DNA of 63,281 nucleotides, filler included, from Globobulimina sp. (lineage: Eukaryota): NCBI GenBank assembly GCA_003354225.1. It is 29 parts of 29 records of this genome, joined end to end, with 100 filler letters (N's around TTAATTAATTAA, not from the genome) between each part and the next. Parts side by side here need not be neighbours in the genome. Positions count along the whole stretch, not along the records: positions 1 to 2,088 come from PIVH01009105.1; positions 2,189 to 4,276 come from PIVH01009106.1; positions 4,377 to 6,463 come from PIVH01009107.1; positions 6,564 to 8,650 come from PIVH01009108.1; positions 8,751 to 10,837 come from PIVH01009109.1; positions 10,938 to 13,024 come from PIVH01009110.1; 23 more parts are not named here. One strand, 5' to 3'. The notes below the pieces were generated by a model that saw only the letters and a program-made list of their open reading frames with translations, was not told the DNA's origin and ran no database searches. This document shows positions 1 through 11,425 of the stretch, one piece after another; positions within the stretch are counted from its first letter, which is position 1, and each line of letters opens with the position of its first letter. Position numbers and translations under genes: made by a program.

Positions 1-732
1 TTCCTCGACTTGTAGAGACAGTGTGGAGCGCGGCGTCATATGCAACGAGTATCGAACCAGCCCGGTGTAATCTTGCACGTCAAAATCGTCTACTCGGAAT
101 TGCCAGATGTTGGCTGCCGTCAATCCGAGCGTGAGGGAATGGACATCGTCCCATATCGGAGAGAATGTAGCCGCCAACTCCGATGCGAACGCCCCATCCT
201 CCTCGCCTGCGATGAGCCCCTCCGCCACGGCATCGCCACCCAAGAATGTCACGTTTGTGTCGTAGGCAAAGCCAATGCGAAGCGATAGGCCAAATACTTC
301 GCGCCGCACCGATTGCCTTTGATTGTGAATCAACAGGGCCAGGGAAGCGTCGGCCGGATCGGACGGTGTGAGCAACGCAAGCGCGCGGTCGAAGAACTCC
401 ATGGCGGGATAGGCCCTGCCCAGCTGAGCGTTGGCGACGCCCTTGTAGTACCAGAGCCACGGATTGTCGGGCTCGGCGGTTTCCACCTCAATCAGCGCCT
501 GTATGGCCTGCCGCGGATTAGCAGCACTCAATTGAATGGCGGCCAGCTCAAGTGAACGCCGCACATGGTCTGGTTCATCGTCTTGTTGTGCGATGATTGG
601 ATCGTTTGGATTTTGCGCGATAGCTTGCATTTTTTGCATTATTCCTGGTTTCTGCATTAATTGCGCCAACTGCGGGTTTTGTTGCATTACTTGTTGTATT
701 CTTTGCATCATTGCTGGATCGAAACTGTTCAT
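1..732 (-). CDS. Open frame running off the window: STI1/DP-like Q/M-rich N-terminus joined in frame to a bacterial-type TPR plus outer-membrane beta-barrel-like segment
   Basis: Manual translation from ATG 732 has no stop: MNSFDPAMMQRIQQVMQQNPQLAQLMQKPGIMQKMQAIAQNPNDP|IIAQQDDEPDHVRRSLELAAIQLSAANPRQAIQALIEVETAEPDNPWLWYYKGVANAQLGRAYPAMEFFDRAL...LRIGFAYDTNV. GC content jumps at about 590. Confidence 0.7.
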   Translation of the reverse strand, partial: MNSFDPAMMQRIQQVMQQNPQLAQLMQKPGIMQKMQAIAQNPNDPIIAQQDDEPDHVRRSLELAAIQLSAANPRQAIQALIEVETAEPDNPWLWYYKGVANAQLGRAYPAMEFFDRALALLTPSDPADASLALLIHNQRQSVRREVFGLSLRIGFAYDTNVTFLGGDAVAEGLIAGEEDGAFASELAATFSPIWDDVHSLTLGLTAANIWQFRVDDFDVQDYTGLVRYSLHMTPRSTLSLQVEE

Positions 733-865
733 TTTCTTGTTAGTTGGGTTGTTGTGCGAGGATGACAGAATAATATGCGATTGTGCGTATTACGTTAATA
801 ACGCACGGATGGATGCAACCACACAGTTTTTGATCGAAAATAAATCAAATATCATCCAACCAACC

Positions 866-1975
866 ATGCCACTTTTGGTGGAAGGCAAACCCATAAAATA
901 TGAAATAGTTAATTATATTTTATGGATATAAGGATATTCTGAATAGTTCTGGCGGTTTGAAATAAAAAATAAAATACAACAGAAGGTGCTTACATCTTTG
1001 ACAGAGAATACAGAGTGGCAAAAAGAGCAATTATCATTGTTCCGAGAATCCGTATTAAAAAATAATAATTTATTATCCTCATCGCTAATAATATTGCAAG
1101 GCGAGTGTGCTTGCATCAATTTAAATAGATTCCAATGTATCGGCACCCCCTTTGCAACCACCTGCAATATTTTATTTCTCATAAATCAAAGTCAAACAAA
1201 AGTGTGTTGTGCCCATTTGGAGGAAGGTGTTGATAAAAAACAATTGATTTCAATCTTTAAATTATTCAATAAAATGGAATTAGAAAAAGAAAACATTAAT
1301 TTATATTTAATTGGCGGATATTTGGATGAAAAGGAAAAATCAATCAAAGTCACAGATAAATTATTTTCATTAATTTGCCATGATAAGAAATTCAAACATT
1401 ATAATCTCAATTTATGTTTATTGCTGACAGCGGCATTGAATACGGATTATAAAATGATATGTGTAGAAAATGAGAATGAAAATAAAGAAAAGGAAAATAA
1501 AAAAATTGCCATGCCAATCTATCAAAATGTTGCATATAATTTGGCGAGCAAAAGATTTATTTCTTTTACTATAAAATCACAAAATATTCCATATAATACA
1601 TTGCGTGGAGCAGTTATGTTTTCGACATCAAATAAGAATGGCTCCATGCGTATAATTTATGATTGTTGCAATAAAAAGGATATTTTACATGGACCAAAAA
1701 TAGAATCATTTAAATGGGAATGCCCTGATTGGGCTAATAATGTGTTGTCATACAATTTGAGCGATGATCAAATATTAAAATTTTTCTCTACTTCACCACA
1801 AGTGGAACATCAACAATTTGCTAAAGATTCGAAGGATTTGTTCAAGTTTGTTGCATCCAACAATTCAAAAGATGTATTTAATGGCAATAAACCTATTTAC
1901 ATGAAATGTGGTGTTATATTGGATAAAAAAAATAAAATGCAACATGATGTTGAAGAAAAAAAATCAGACAAATAA
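866..1975 (+). CDS. NTAN1: Protein N-terminal asparagine amidohydrolase (N-degron pathway), 2 exons
   Basis: Starts MPLLVEGK like animal NTAN1 (MPLLVEGR). Motifs ATTCNI, AHL, LIGGY and FSTSPQVE are present. A GT-AG intron at 908-982 restores the frame. Confidence 0.9.
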
Positions 1976-2088
1976 CTATGTTTCAATGGTTTCCTCTCTT
2001 TTATTGGTTGCTATGATTATATGCAATAACATCATAATAATAAGTTATAAATTATATTGTATGTATGTTGTGTTATATTCTATAGTTT

Positions 2089-2188
2089 NNNNNNNNNNNN
2101 NNNNNNNNNNNNNNNNNNNNNNNNNNNNNNNNTTAATTAATTAANNNNNNNNNNNNNNNNNNNNNNNNNNNNNNNNNNNNNNNNNNNN
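2089..2188. other. Artificial contig linker (N44-TTAATTAATTAA-N44); the same linker recurs 28 times, about every 2.19 kb, up to 61098-61197
   Basis: Identical 100-bp N-flanked six-frame-stop spacer; contig lengths fall steadily from 2088 to 2084 bp. Confidence 0.99.
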
Positions 2189-3179
2189 TTAAGACACTTT
2201 CCTATAGCAAACGCAAAAACACCCTTTAAGTCGCGTGACTGAAATTCCATCTTCTTTAAAATAAAGTTTATAAGTTAAACGAAAATAATAGCTTACAGAA
2301 TTAGGATTAAGGATCTTCGTTTGTTGCATCCATGTTGTTTGTTCCTCCACGTCCATCACTTGTTATTACGCCACCCATTCCATCCCAAAACATAATAAAA
2401 AATTGAATAAATATAATTATGGCCACGGCATCCCGCCCTGAAAAGACAAGAAAAAACAGAAACACAGCAAAAAATTGCCTTATAATAAAATGGTCTCCTT
2501 ACCGCAGCCTTGGTATTTCTTTCTTCTTCTTTCTTCTACCTTATCTATTAACAAATTCTAAATTAAATAAATTAATACATAAAATAAAAAACTATATTAG
2601 CCAAATCGTCGACAGACGAAAATGACGATAGCTAAACTGGGCACTGGAGCTGGCCCAATGTTACGGTAGGTACAATTGACGCGCTCAAACATTAAAATAT
2701 TACAGTAAGGATTATTCGAACAGTACAACCTAAATTATATTAATATAGAATTCATTTTAATTATTTTAGTTCTCGAACATGTCTAAAAGCATCTCATATG
2801 TTAAATAGAACGCTAAGATATTAAAAAACTTCATAGGCGCAGTTTAAATTTTGTATCTGGAACGGTCGCATGCGCGGGCCTCATTTTAAACCTTACTGTA
2901 GTGAATGATGATCATGACTACATCATCACGGCCGCATTCCGCGCCAAAATTAAACACTTTAATTAAAGTGGGTTCAAGAAAAATAGAAATCTGGCACTTT
3001 TGGTCTTTTACGGCCATGCAAGGGTAAAAAATCATGGAGATTTATATACTATCGTGATCAGCTTTCAGAGCCAAATCCTAAAAAATGGTTTAAATTTAAG
3101 AAACAAATTTTTTTATTCACTTCCGGTCAAACAAAAAAAATCGACTTTTTTCTGAATGGACCTAGAAAGCAAACTGTGG

Positions 3180-3640
3180 TATCATGGCTTGCGCGACAGC
3201 GGCGTGTGCGGCGACTGTATTTTTCAGAATAATTGTTACATCTAATTCCTGTCTTCTAGTCTGACTGCAGTCGATTTATATTTCAAAAGTTAAAACATTG
3301 GTTGGAAATTAACATATTTGGCGTCGTATGGCGTCATCTGGCGTCAGTGCGCCGACATATGTTTCGGAATAATTGTTACATCTAATTCTTGTCTTCTGGT
3401 TCGACGGCAGTCAATTTTTACATCAGAAGTTAAACATTGGTTGAAAATTAACATATCTGTCGTCATATGGCGTCATCTGGCGTCAGTGCGCCGACTGTAT
3501 GTTTTGGAATAATGCTGACCTTTAAACCATGTTTTTCATGATCGGAGTTATCGAGATGTCTACCAAAAGTTAGAAATCGGTCGAAAATTAACATATCTGG
3601 CATTATGGCGCCATGTGGCGTTAGTGCGCCGACTGTGAAT
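3180..3640. repeat. Degenerate tandem repeat, about 140-bp unit, about 3.3 copies
   Basis: Recurrent block AAATTAACATAT...ATGGCGTCATCTGGCGTCAGTGCGCCGAC...GAATAAT near 3306, 3446 and 3585. Confidence 0.85.
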
Positions 3641-4376
3641 ATATGTGTTATTTGAGGGTTGATTCGAATAGAATTTAAATTTTGAATCGAATCACGCAAA
3701 CCGCATTAAAATTGGTTGAGAAATAAAGAAGTTACAACTCTTTGAATTTTGCTCACAGTTGAAAAAAATTTCTAAAAATTTTTCCATACAAAAAGTTAGG
3801 AATTTGAGATGGTGGAAAATAGAGCTAAAAGTTCACTAAATGGGGAGTTTAGGGTGAAATTTGTTACCCGGGGTAGTTTTTCGCGCTGAGAAAGATGGTG
3901 CCATCAGTTTTAACCCGTAGTGTCAATTTTTAAATTTTTCATGCCAGTACCTACATTCAGGCTTTCGGCCAAATTCCACAATGCAATAGTAAATTTTGTG
4001 TATTGTAGCCAGTTTTCGCCAAAATTCTGGCTTTCGACCTGTAAAACGTGAATTTTTTTGTCAATAAATCAATTACGTAAAGTCAGGAAAAATCGGGATT
4101 TTCTACATACTTCTGATCCCTGGTTATTATATTGTTAAAGTTGTACAAGTGACATTGTATCATTGTCATCATCAGATGGTATACCCTCTATTTGAAGGGT
4201 AATCTACTAATCAATGTCAGCCGATTTTCCGGAGCTGAAAATTATGTGACATTTGCATCCTTGCCTGAAGTTTACANNNNNNNNNNNNNNNNNNNNNNNN
4301 NNNNNNNNNNNNNNNNNNNNTTAATTAATTAANNNNNNNNNNNNNNNNNNNNNNNNNNNNNNNNNNNNNNNNNNNN

Positions 4377-5040
4377 CACCAGTATGGATGGTACTCAGCC
4401 TCTGGTTGCAGTTGGTTCGCCCGGCGGCAGTTTTATAATTTCAACCACATTTAATGTATTGTCGATATTGATGATCTATGATATGAATGTGCAGGACGCG
4501 ATTGACGCTGCGAGGCTATGGGCATTTAATTCAAATCAAATGGTGTTGGAAAATGGCTGGTATTTGAATAATAGCAATTTGTCACTTGATTTGGTGGACG
4601 AGAGAGGTTATGGTCCAGTAACGTTTTCAACAACGAGCAATGGGCGATGTCAAGCAGTCAAGATCATGGAAGCAAGCAATGACTTTATGCTTGAAAATGG
4701 GTTTTATAGTTTTGAAGGTGGAGCAGATGATAATAGAAGACCAGATGCTAATGTCAGGGGTGTTTGTCAAGGATATGATCCGGGAGATAATGGAAATGTA
4801 TCCATTTGTAATGGAGAATTTCCCTCTGTTGTTTGTGACGATGTTATAGGGGATGATGATGATGGATTGTCGGCATTGGAAATAGGACTGTTAGTGGGAG
4901 CAGGAGTTATCTTGGCAACTTTTGTGTTAGTAATGTGTGTCTTTTGTTATATAAAATCAAAACGAGAAAAGAAAAATGAACAATATATTGACATGGCGCA
5001 ATCTGCACATTATGGAACCGAACAGACCAAAAATAGTTGA
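4377..5040 (+). CDS. Gamma-glutamyltranspeptidase family, C-terminal fragment with an extra C-terminal transmembrane helix
   Basis: GSPGGSFII, DAIDAARL and GGADDNRR small-subunit motifs, followed by hydrophobic IGLLVGAGVILATFVLVMCVFCYI and a basic tail. Confidence 0.8.
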
Positions 5041-5273
5041 TATCGCAATTTTACTGTTTCATGTTCCTTGTAATTGTACTGTGCCTTTTTGAAACGGAGT
5101 TGTATGGTACTTTGCAAAACAGAGAGAACGATGAACCAAAAAAAATCTAAGTTAAAGCCGAGTCAACTGTATGGAGTATATTAGTATGGCATATAAATAA
5201 ACAATAACAAATTGTAAAAACATGACACATAATCTTATATTGTTAATAATAGTCAATGAATAACATATAATAA

Positions 5274-6303
5274 TTAATCATCAAACGTATATGATGCAGA
5301 TGCAGATGGATGCATTATTCCTTTCGCTTCCTCATTCGCACTATTATTGATTCCGATATTCCTCAATGAAATCTTTCGTAAACCACCAAATCTGACCGCC
5401 GACATTTTTGATGATTTATCAAGCGAAGGAATTGATTTATATTCTTGTCTTCCATACCTTCGATACGCCCCGACACAAATATATATCAAAAGAAATAATC
5501 CCAACATAGATGAACAGAGTGCTGCTATAAACATCCAATCCGTTGTTGCTTCAGCAATTTCTTGCACATTTTCCATGTCCATCCCATCTGCAGTCACAAA
5601 TCACAAATAAAAAGTGCAAGGATGCAAATTATAACCTAAAATATAACAAAATACCTTTGTCGGCAGTGATAATATCGTCAGTGATTTCCACATTATCAAA
5701 AGTGTCCATATTGCCATAATAAGAGTCAATTGGTGGCGTAACCGGAGGTATGGATGGCAATGCAATGACTTGTAACCATTGCAAAGTGACAACAACTATA
5801 ACATTTGCATCTGCGTATTGATATGGTAAGGTATTTAATGCCATACTGGCGGTTTGAGAAAAATTAGTGATTGATATATTCGACACTGCTTTGAAAGCAG
5901 TATGATACAATTCATATAATTTAAATCTTATATTCAGAGCATAGAAATCAGGCTCAATCCAACAGCCTACAAAGGACTCATCGCCAACGAAGGAAAAAGT
6001 TGTCGATGGTGATACAGGTTCTGATTCCGAGGATTCTTGTTTTTGCGCAAATATTGGAAATTTCTTGGATTTAAATGTATTCCTCGAATCAATGGCATTG
6101 TAAACATAAAATATGCCTTCGGTTTGTACCCATTTCGCCAACTGCGAGGATTTGAATTGAACGCCATTTAGGGTTAGATTGTTTAGATAAAAACATAATT
6201 TGTTTAATTTAGTGGCCGCTGTTGTTGTGGGTGCGGTTGTAGTGGATGTATTTTGAGCTGCGGTGAATGCAGACAATAGCATAAAAACAAACGGCAGTCG
6301 CAT
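5274..6303 (-). CDS. Type I membrane protein of unknown function, 2 exons
   Basis: Signal peptide, Thr-rich stretch and C-terminal TM helix; intron 5588-5654 joins the two ORFs in frame. Confidence 0.7.
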
Positions 6304-6563
6304 ATTTGAAAGAGAATTCCTGCCTTTCAGGTGATAAAAGTAGAGTGAAAATGTACGGTAACTATCGTAAGTTAAAGGTTTTTTTTATTGGGTGTCGGTT
6401 ATTTTATTTAACAGAAAAAAACATTTTTGCTTTTGGGGATTTAGAATCCTACACTGTATACATNNNNNNNNNNNNNNNNNNNNNNNNNNNNNNNNNNNNN
6501 NNNNNNNTTAATTAATTAANNNNNNNNNNNNNNNNNNNNNNNNNNNNNNNNNNNNNNNNNNNN

Positions 6564-8075
6564 AAAAAACAAGGTATTTCCCAGAAACGTTTTCGGTTTT
6601 TGTCATATTTTTATTTTGGAAACGTTTTGCTGATTTTTGCAGATTTTTTTTTTCCGAAACAAAAAACTCTTCAATACCGGATATATATTGTTTTGACAGA
6701 GCGTATTTTGCAGGAAAAGAAAGAAAAAGAGCGTAAAAGGAAAGAATTATTGAAAAAACAGCAGAAAAGGAGGCCAAAGAGACCAGAAAAACAAAAACAA
6801 GTGAAAGTTTTTTCAACGCCACAATTACATTCAGCACCGCCGCCACCTCCACAACATAGCCATGGACGTCGACAACATCCGGCATCACCATCTGACAAAT
6901 TAATGTCTGAATTAACTCGAAAATTATCCGTAACCAATGATGATAATGACATACCGAAAATGTCTCTGTATCATAGTGAACCAATGCAATATAATATTAT
7001 CCCTAAAAAAAAGCAGAAACATGTACAAAATATGAAATCCGCCAAACCCAAATCGGATAAATCCGGAAGAGCATCAGTGCCGAAATCGTTTTTTAAGCGA
7101 TCGCAAAGCACTGGAAATGTATTGGCGGATAATAGTTTTCTCGCATCGCTATCCCCAAAACTTGGCAAAAAATTTAAATTTGGGTTACCAACGTCACCCA
7201 AAAATCGGGTCTTGCCGCATTTGCCCAAAATAAAAAAGTCAAATAGTAGCCAGAATGTAGAAAAATTACGGTTAAAACAAGAAAAACAAAAACAAAAAGA
7301 AGAGAAACAACGGTTAAAAGCAGAAAAGAAGAAACAAAAAGACTTAGAAAAAGAGAGAAAAAATGAAGAAAAACGCGTGAAAAAAGAATTAAAAAAAAGA
7401 GAAAAAGATATGAGGAAGGCATGTTTTATAAATTATAAAATAAATTGAGATTTGTTTTTATGTAACAAGGGGAATAAGAATCGTATTCGAAAAAGTGTGG
7501 ATATTGACCGTAGATCGAGTTCGATATCAAATCCAGTTCCACCGGCAATAAATTCGGATGCTTTTGATAAATATAAACAAATTATGTTAAACAATGAGAT
7601 CAATCATTATTTAAATACGCAATATTATGCAAGTACCAATTATGTGGTAACGAATACGAATACAAATACAAATGGTAGTGAGTATAATAAATCCCCTGCA
7701 TTGGCATTTAGTTATAGTCCATCAGCAAAGTATGATCCTCCCACTATTGCTTTGACAGATAGTGAGTCCAATAATTCTTATAAAAAACACAGAAAAGTAG
7801 ATAATAAAGCTAAATCTGGCAATTTTAATAGAGCTGGCACTCCGCCACCACCACCAGCAAAGAAATCATCTGCGAGTAATAATAATAATCAATCGCAAGG
7901 TTTCAGTTTTTCATTAGCAAAGCCGAAGCCATTGGATATGTCTCATCCATTGCATAAGAACAATAAAAACAAAAATAAAAAAATAGAGAGTGGGAAAAGT
8001 AAAATACGACCGCAGTCTGCTAGGAGTAGGAGAGCACCGCCACGGCCATGGCCACCTGTTTCAAAAGCTACATAA
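6564..8075 (+). CDS. Lys/Pro/Ser-rich low-complexity protein, 5'-partial, multi-exon
   Basis: Long ORFs 6600-7448 and 7452-8075 are joined by a 51-nt intron at 7419-7469; polyproline motifs. Confidence 0.65.
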
Positions 8076-8420
8076 TGGGGTCTGGGATGGCATTGATTTT
8101 TTGATTAATTAATATGATATCAATAATTATTATGACTATAGTGCGTTTTTATTGTTTTTGGATTTGTTTTTTGTATTGTTTTTGGTGATTTTTTTTTGTG
8201 ATGTTGAATTATTAATGTATAGAATATAAAAAGCAAAATTGCTCGTAACTTGCAGTCATTAACACGTTTTTGAATGACTAATAATCTCAGAAACACATTT
8301 GAAACGTTTTTCAATTAAAAAAAAATACAAAAAATTTAACAGGTTTTAGAAGCAAGGAAAAATAATTCTATCTATGTTGTTTATACAATTATTACACAAA
8401 AGACAATATCATTATTATTA

Positions 8421-8650
8421 TTATTGATTGAAATATTGGGGATTATTATGCACATTTCCCATTTGATTATTTGCTTGAAACTGTGGCTGTGGCTCATCCT
8501 GACCAGGTACACCTTGTCCAGCAGCATCAGCACCAGCACCTGCACCAGGTTCAGCTGTTTCTGAGGTAACCATTTGATTCTTCAATATCACAGGTATCAT
8601 ATATTTATTCCTATATTCTTCAATATCCATTTGATTCATATAAAACTGAG
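8421..8650 (-). CDS. C-terminal fragment of an unknown protein
   Basis: Open frame from the contig edge with coding-like composition. Confidence 0.4.
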
Positions 8651-9226
8651 NNNNNNNNNNNNNNNNNNNNNNNNNNNNNNNNNNNNNNNNNNNNTTAATT
8701 AATTAANNNNNNNNNNNNNNNNNNNNNNNNNNNNNNNNNNNNNNNNNNNNAAACTGCGCCGTATCCCATCCATAGCTACACACTGCAAACTGCGCCGTAT
8801 CCCATTCCATGGCCCATGGCATTCGAACCCATTATAAATACTATAATCATAACGCAAATATTATCACTCACACAAACAATTAATATCTGATAATTAATAT
8901 CTGATAAAAATAATAAAATAACTCAGTAAACGCCATAAAATAGATCGGAAAAATAAAAAATAACTGTTCCCTCCCAATGGTATGCGTTTTGAATATATTT
9001 GGTGCAACTTTTACAATATTTTGATTTTTTGTTTACGTGCATTATTACCATGTTATTTGCACTTTTAATGTAGCTGCGATGTGATATCATTTGATGTGAT
9101 GTGATTATTGAGATAACAATAAAATTAATAATATCCAGATGAGTCAGAACATGAATCAGTAGAACAAACAAATAGCACTGATAATAATATGGTATGTTTT
9201 TGTTTTGCTGTTTATAATAATAAATA

Positions 9227-10672
9227 TTGCTGTTTATAACTCAGATGAATTCAGAATTGATGCAATGCCAGATTTTATTGACTGAAATAATGGACAGAGA
9301 AGAAACAGATCCATTTAATGTGCCAGTTGATTGGGTTGGGTTAAATTTACCACAATATCCAAAAATAATACTAAAGCCGATGGATTTTGGTACTGTATCA
9401 AGCAAATTAGATGCAAATAAATATATGACAGCTGATGAGTTTGCTTGTGATGTCCGTTTGGTATTAAACAATGCCAAAAAATTCAACCGTGTTGGTAGTG
9501 GAATTTATGTTGATGCACATACATTGTTGAAAGAATTTGATGAGAGATTCGCGAGAATTAAAATAATTAAGCAACACAAAGTCGACCCGGAACCATTGCG
9601 TAGATCAGGAAGATTGCAAAGTAAAGCACCCAAAAACAATTTTTTATCAAAAGATGCTACATTTTTTGTTTGCTGTTCAGGTGTTGGACAAAATCATTTG
9701 GACTCAATTCAATGTGATATTAATAACAATCATTTTGAGCATAAAAATTGTATAAATATGAACGGATTAAATAAAAATGAACAATATGCATGTTCATTAT
9801 GTATAAAGCAACGCGTTTCTGAGCATGAAAATGATTTGATGCGAGATAGCGATGCAAATTACGAATCGGGGACAGATTGTGAATCGGAAGCAGATACGGA
9901 TGAGAAGGAGGAGGATGAGAGCAATATTGATTTGAAAGTAGATGAAAAAAATGAGGATGTATCTAATGTACGAATTAAAAATACAAATATAATAATATAT
10001 GGTAAATCTGCAGTAATTGATTTAAAGTTACAAGAAATAAAAAAATGTCATATTGATGAATTGATAAAACAATTGGATGCAAAGTTAGTATTAGCAGCAA
10101 ACATAGCAAATCTTAAATTTTTGTCACCAAATTATGTTTTAATAAAAATAATGGAATTGGATTCTGATTTTGATATAAATAAATTCAGTTTATTGACACC
10201 AAATGATACAATTACAAATTATTTTAATGATATTGAGTACGGTGAGAAGTATTTAAATGAGATTTGTGAATTATTTCCTGCATTGATGGATATTGATGAG
10301 TTAGTAATCCAATGGAAAAATCACAGACATTTATTATTTTTTGCATATTTAAATGGACAGAAATATAAATCATTTTGGTACCAATTTACATCAAATGATG
10401 CGTGGTGTAAAGCTAACCCAGATTTAAATATTTTAGCCTTGCTATTAATAGTCGTTGCACTGGCAAGTGTAAATTGTGAGAGAGGATTTTCATTGATGAA
10501 TGTAATCAAATATTGGTTAACAAATCGGATGCGTGTATCATTAACAAGTGATATTATGTTAATAAAAATGGCTAAATGGAATATCCAATACGTATTAGAT
10601 GAATTAGCACATCCAATCAGTGTTAAATTTAAATCCATTAAGAATAGAAGAGGTGCATACAAAAGCAAATAA
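9227..10672 (+). CDS. Bromodomain + degenerate PHD finger + acidic linker + hAT C-terminal dimerisation domain protein
   Basis: Bromodomain PFNVPVD..YPKII.KPMDFGTV..KL...Y...F..DVRLV.NNAKKFN; PHD-like CC..IQCD..HKNC..ACSLC; hATC ASVNCERGFSLMNVIK..LTNRM. Probable upstream intron at 9192-9244. Confidence 0.85.
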   Translation: MLFITQMNSELMQCQILLTEIMDREETDPFNVPVDWVGLNLPQYPKIILKPMDFGTVSSKLDANKYMTADEFACDVRLVLNNAKKFNRVGSGIYVDAHTLLKEFDERFARIKIIKQHKVDPEPLRRSGRLQSKAPKNNFLSKDATFFVCCSGVGQNHLDSIQCDINNNHFEHKNCINMNGLNKNEQYACSLCIKQRVSEHENDLMRDSDANYESGTDCESEADTDEKEEDESNIDLKVDEKNEDVSNVRIKNTNIIIYGKSAVIDLKLQEIKKCHIDELIKQLDAKLVLAANIANLKFLSPNYVLIKIMELDSDFDINKFSLLTPNDTITNYFNDIEYGEKYLNEICELFPALMDIDELVIQWKNHRHLLFFAYLNGQKYKSFWYQFTSNDAWCKANPDLNILALLLIVVALASVNCERGFSLMNVIKYWLTNRMRVSLTSDIMLIKMAKWNIQYVLDELAHPISVKFKSIKNRRGAYKSK

Positions 10673-10749
10673 GACATTTTTTTTTTTTGCGCACTTATAA
10701 TTTAATTTATTTAACAAGAAATGAAAAACGCTTTTTGCTCAGTCAAAAC

Positions 10750-10837
10750 ACACTGGTTCCAATGCTTGGTTCCCCATGGTTCCTACATATAAAATCTGGT
10801 TCCCGGAACCAGATATCTGGTTCCAATATAAACGCTG
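10750..10837. mobile_element. Putative hAT transposon right end with subterminal repeats
   Basis: Five TGGTTCC copies and a perfect 20-bp palindrome GGAACCAGATATCTGGTTCC. The contig ends ...AAACGCTG, which reads CAGCGTTT on the minus strand (CAG-type terminus), just downstream of a hATC domain. Confidence 0.55.
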
Positions 10838-10983
10838 NNNNNNNNNNNNNNNNNNNNNNNNNNNNNNNNNNNNNNNNNNNNTTAATTAATTAANNNNNNN
10901 NNNNNNNNNNNNNNNNNNNNNNNNNNNNNNNNNNNNNTTTTTCCGCACACGAAACAAAAAAAAGTATAATGAGAATAAATATA

Positions 10984-11056
10984 TGGAGTACCCGGGTTTC
11001 GATCCCGGTGCCTTAACGTTGCGAACGTTACGCGCTTCCGATTGCGCCAGTACCCC
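10984..11056 (-). tRNA. tRNA-Ala(CGC)
   Basis: Full cloverleaf GGGGTAC-TG-GCGC..GCGC-G-TAACG-TTCGCAA-CGTTA-AGGCA-CCGGG-ATCGAAA-CCCGG-GTACTCC-A; G3:U70 alanine identity pair; eukaryote-type A54. Confidence 0.95.
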
Positions 11057-11251
11057 CTTTTTGATGGCTTTGTTTTGTTGCAGTTTTTCTTCTGTTTTTT
11101 TAATCCACATATTCTTCCAATGAGTAATTCCATATATATAAAAGGTTTTTTGCTTGAAAAACACAACACCAACAACACAACAAAAACAGCATAGCGTCAT
11201 TATCACAATCGGCTAAATTATTTAACTTAACATCACACAAATACCTATAAA

Positions 11252-11425
11252 ATGTCATTCTTTTTTGGACCAAATGGATTTAATCCAATGGGTGGCCAAG
11301 GCGGCGGTGATGAATCTGAGGGCGAATCAGCAAATAACACCAAATATTATGAAATCTTAAGTGTTAAAAAAAATGCATCCCAACAAGAAATAAAAAAAAG
11401 TTACCGGAAACTAGCACGACATCAC
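11252..11425 (+). CDS. DnaJ/Hsp40 (DNAJA-like) 5' fragment, truncated just before the HPD motif
   Basis: NTKYYEILSVKKNASQQEIKKSYRKLARHH, then the sequence switches to the antisense of an antiporter gene. Confidence 0.85.

Noticed and set aside
40-931. Track ORFs 40-288, 80-460, 313-555 and 536-931
   Set aside because: Shadows of the minus-strand 1-732 frame. Only the end of 536-931 is real, as NTAN1 exon 1.
8751-8810. AAACTGCGCCGTATCCCAT direct repeat as the left hAT TIR
   Set aside because: It is not an inverted match to the right-end sequence; the left terminus is not in this contig.
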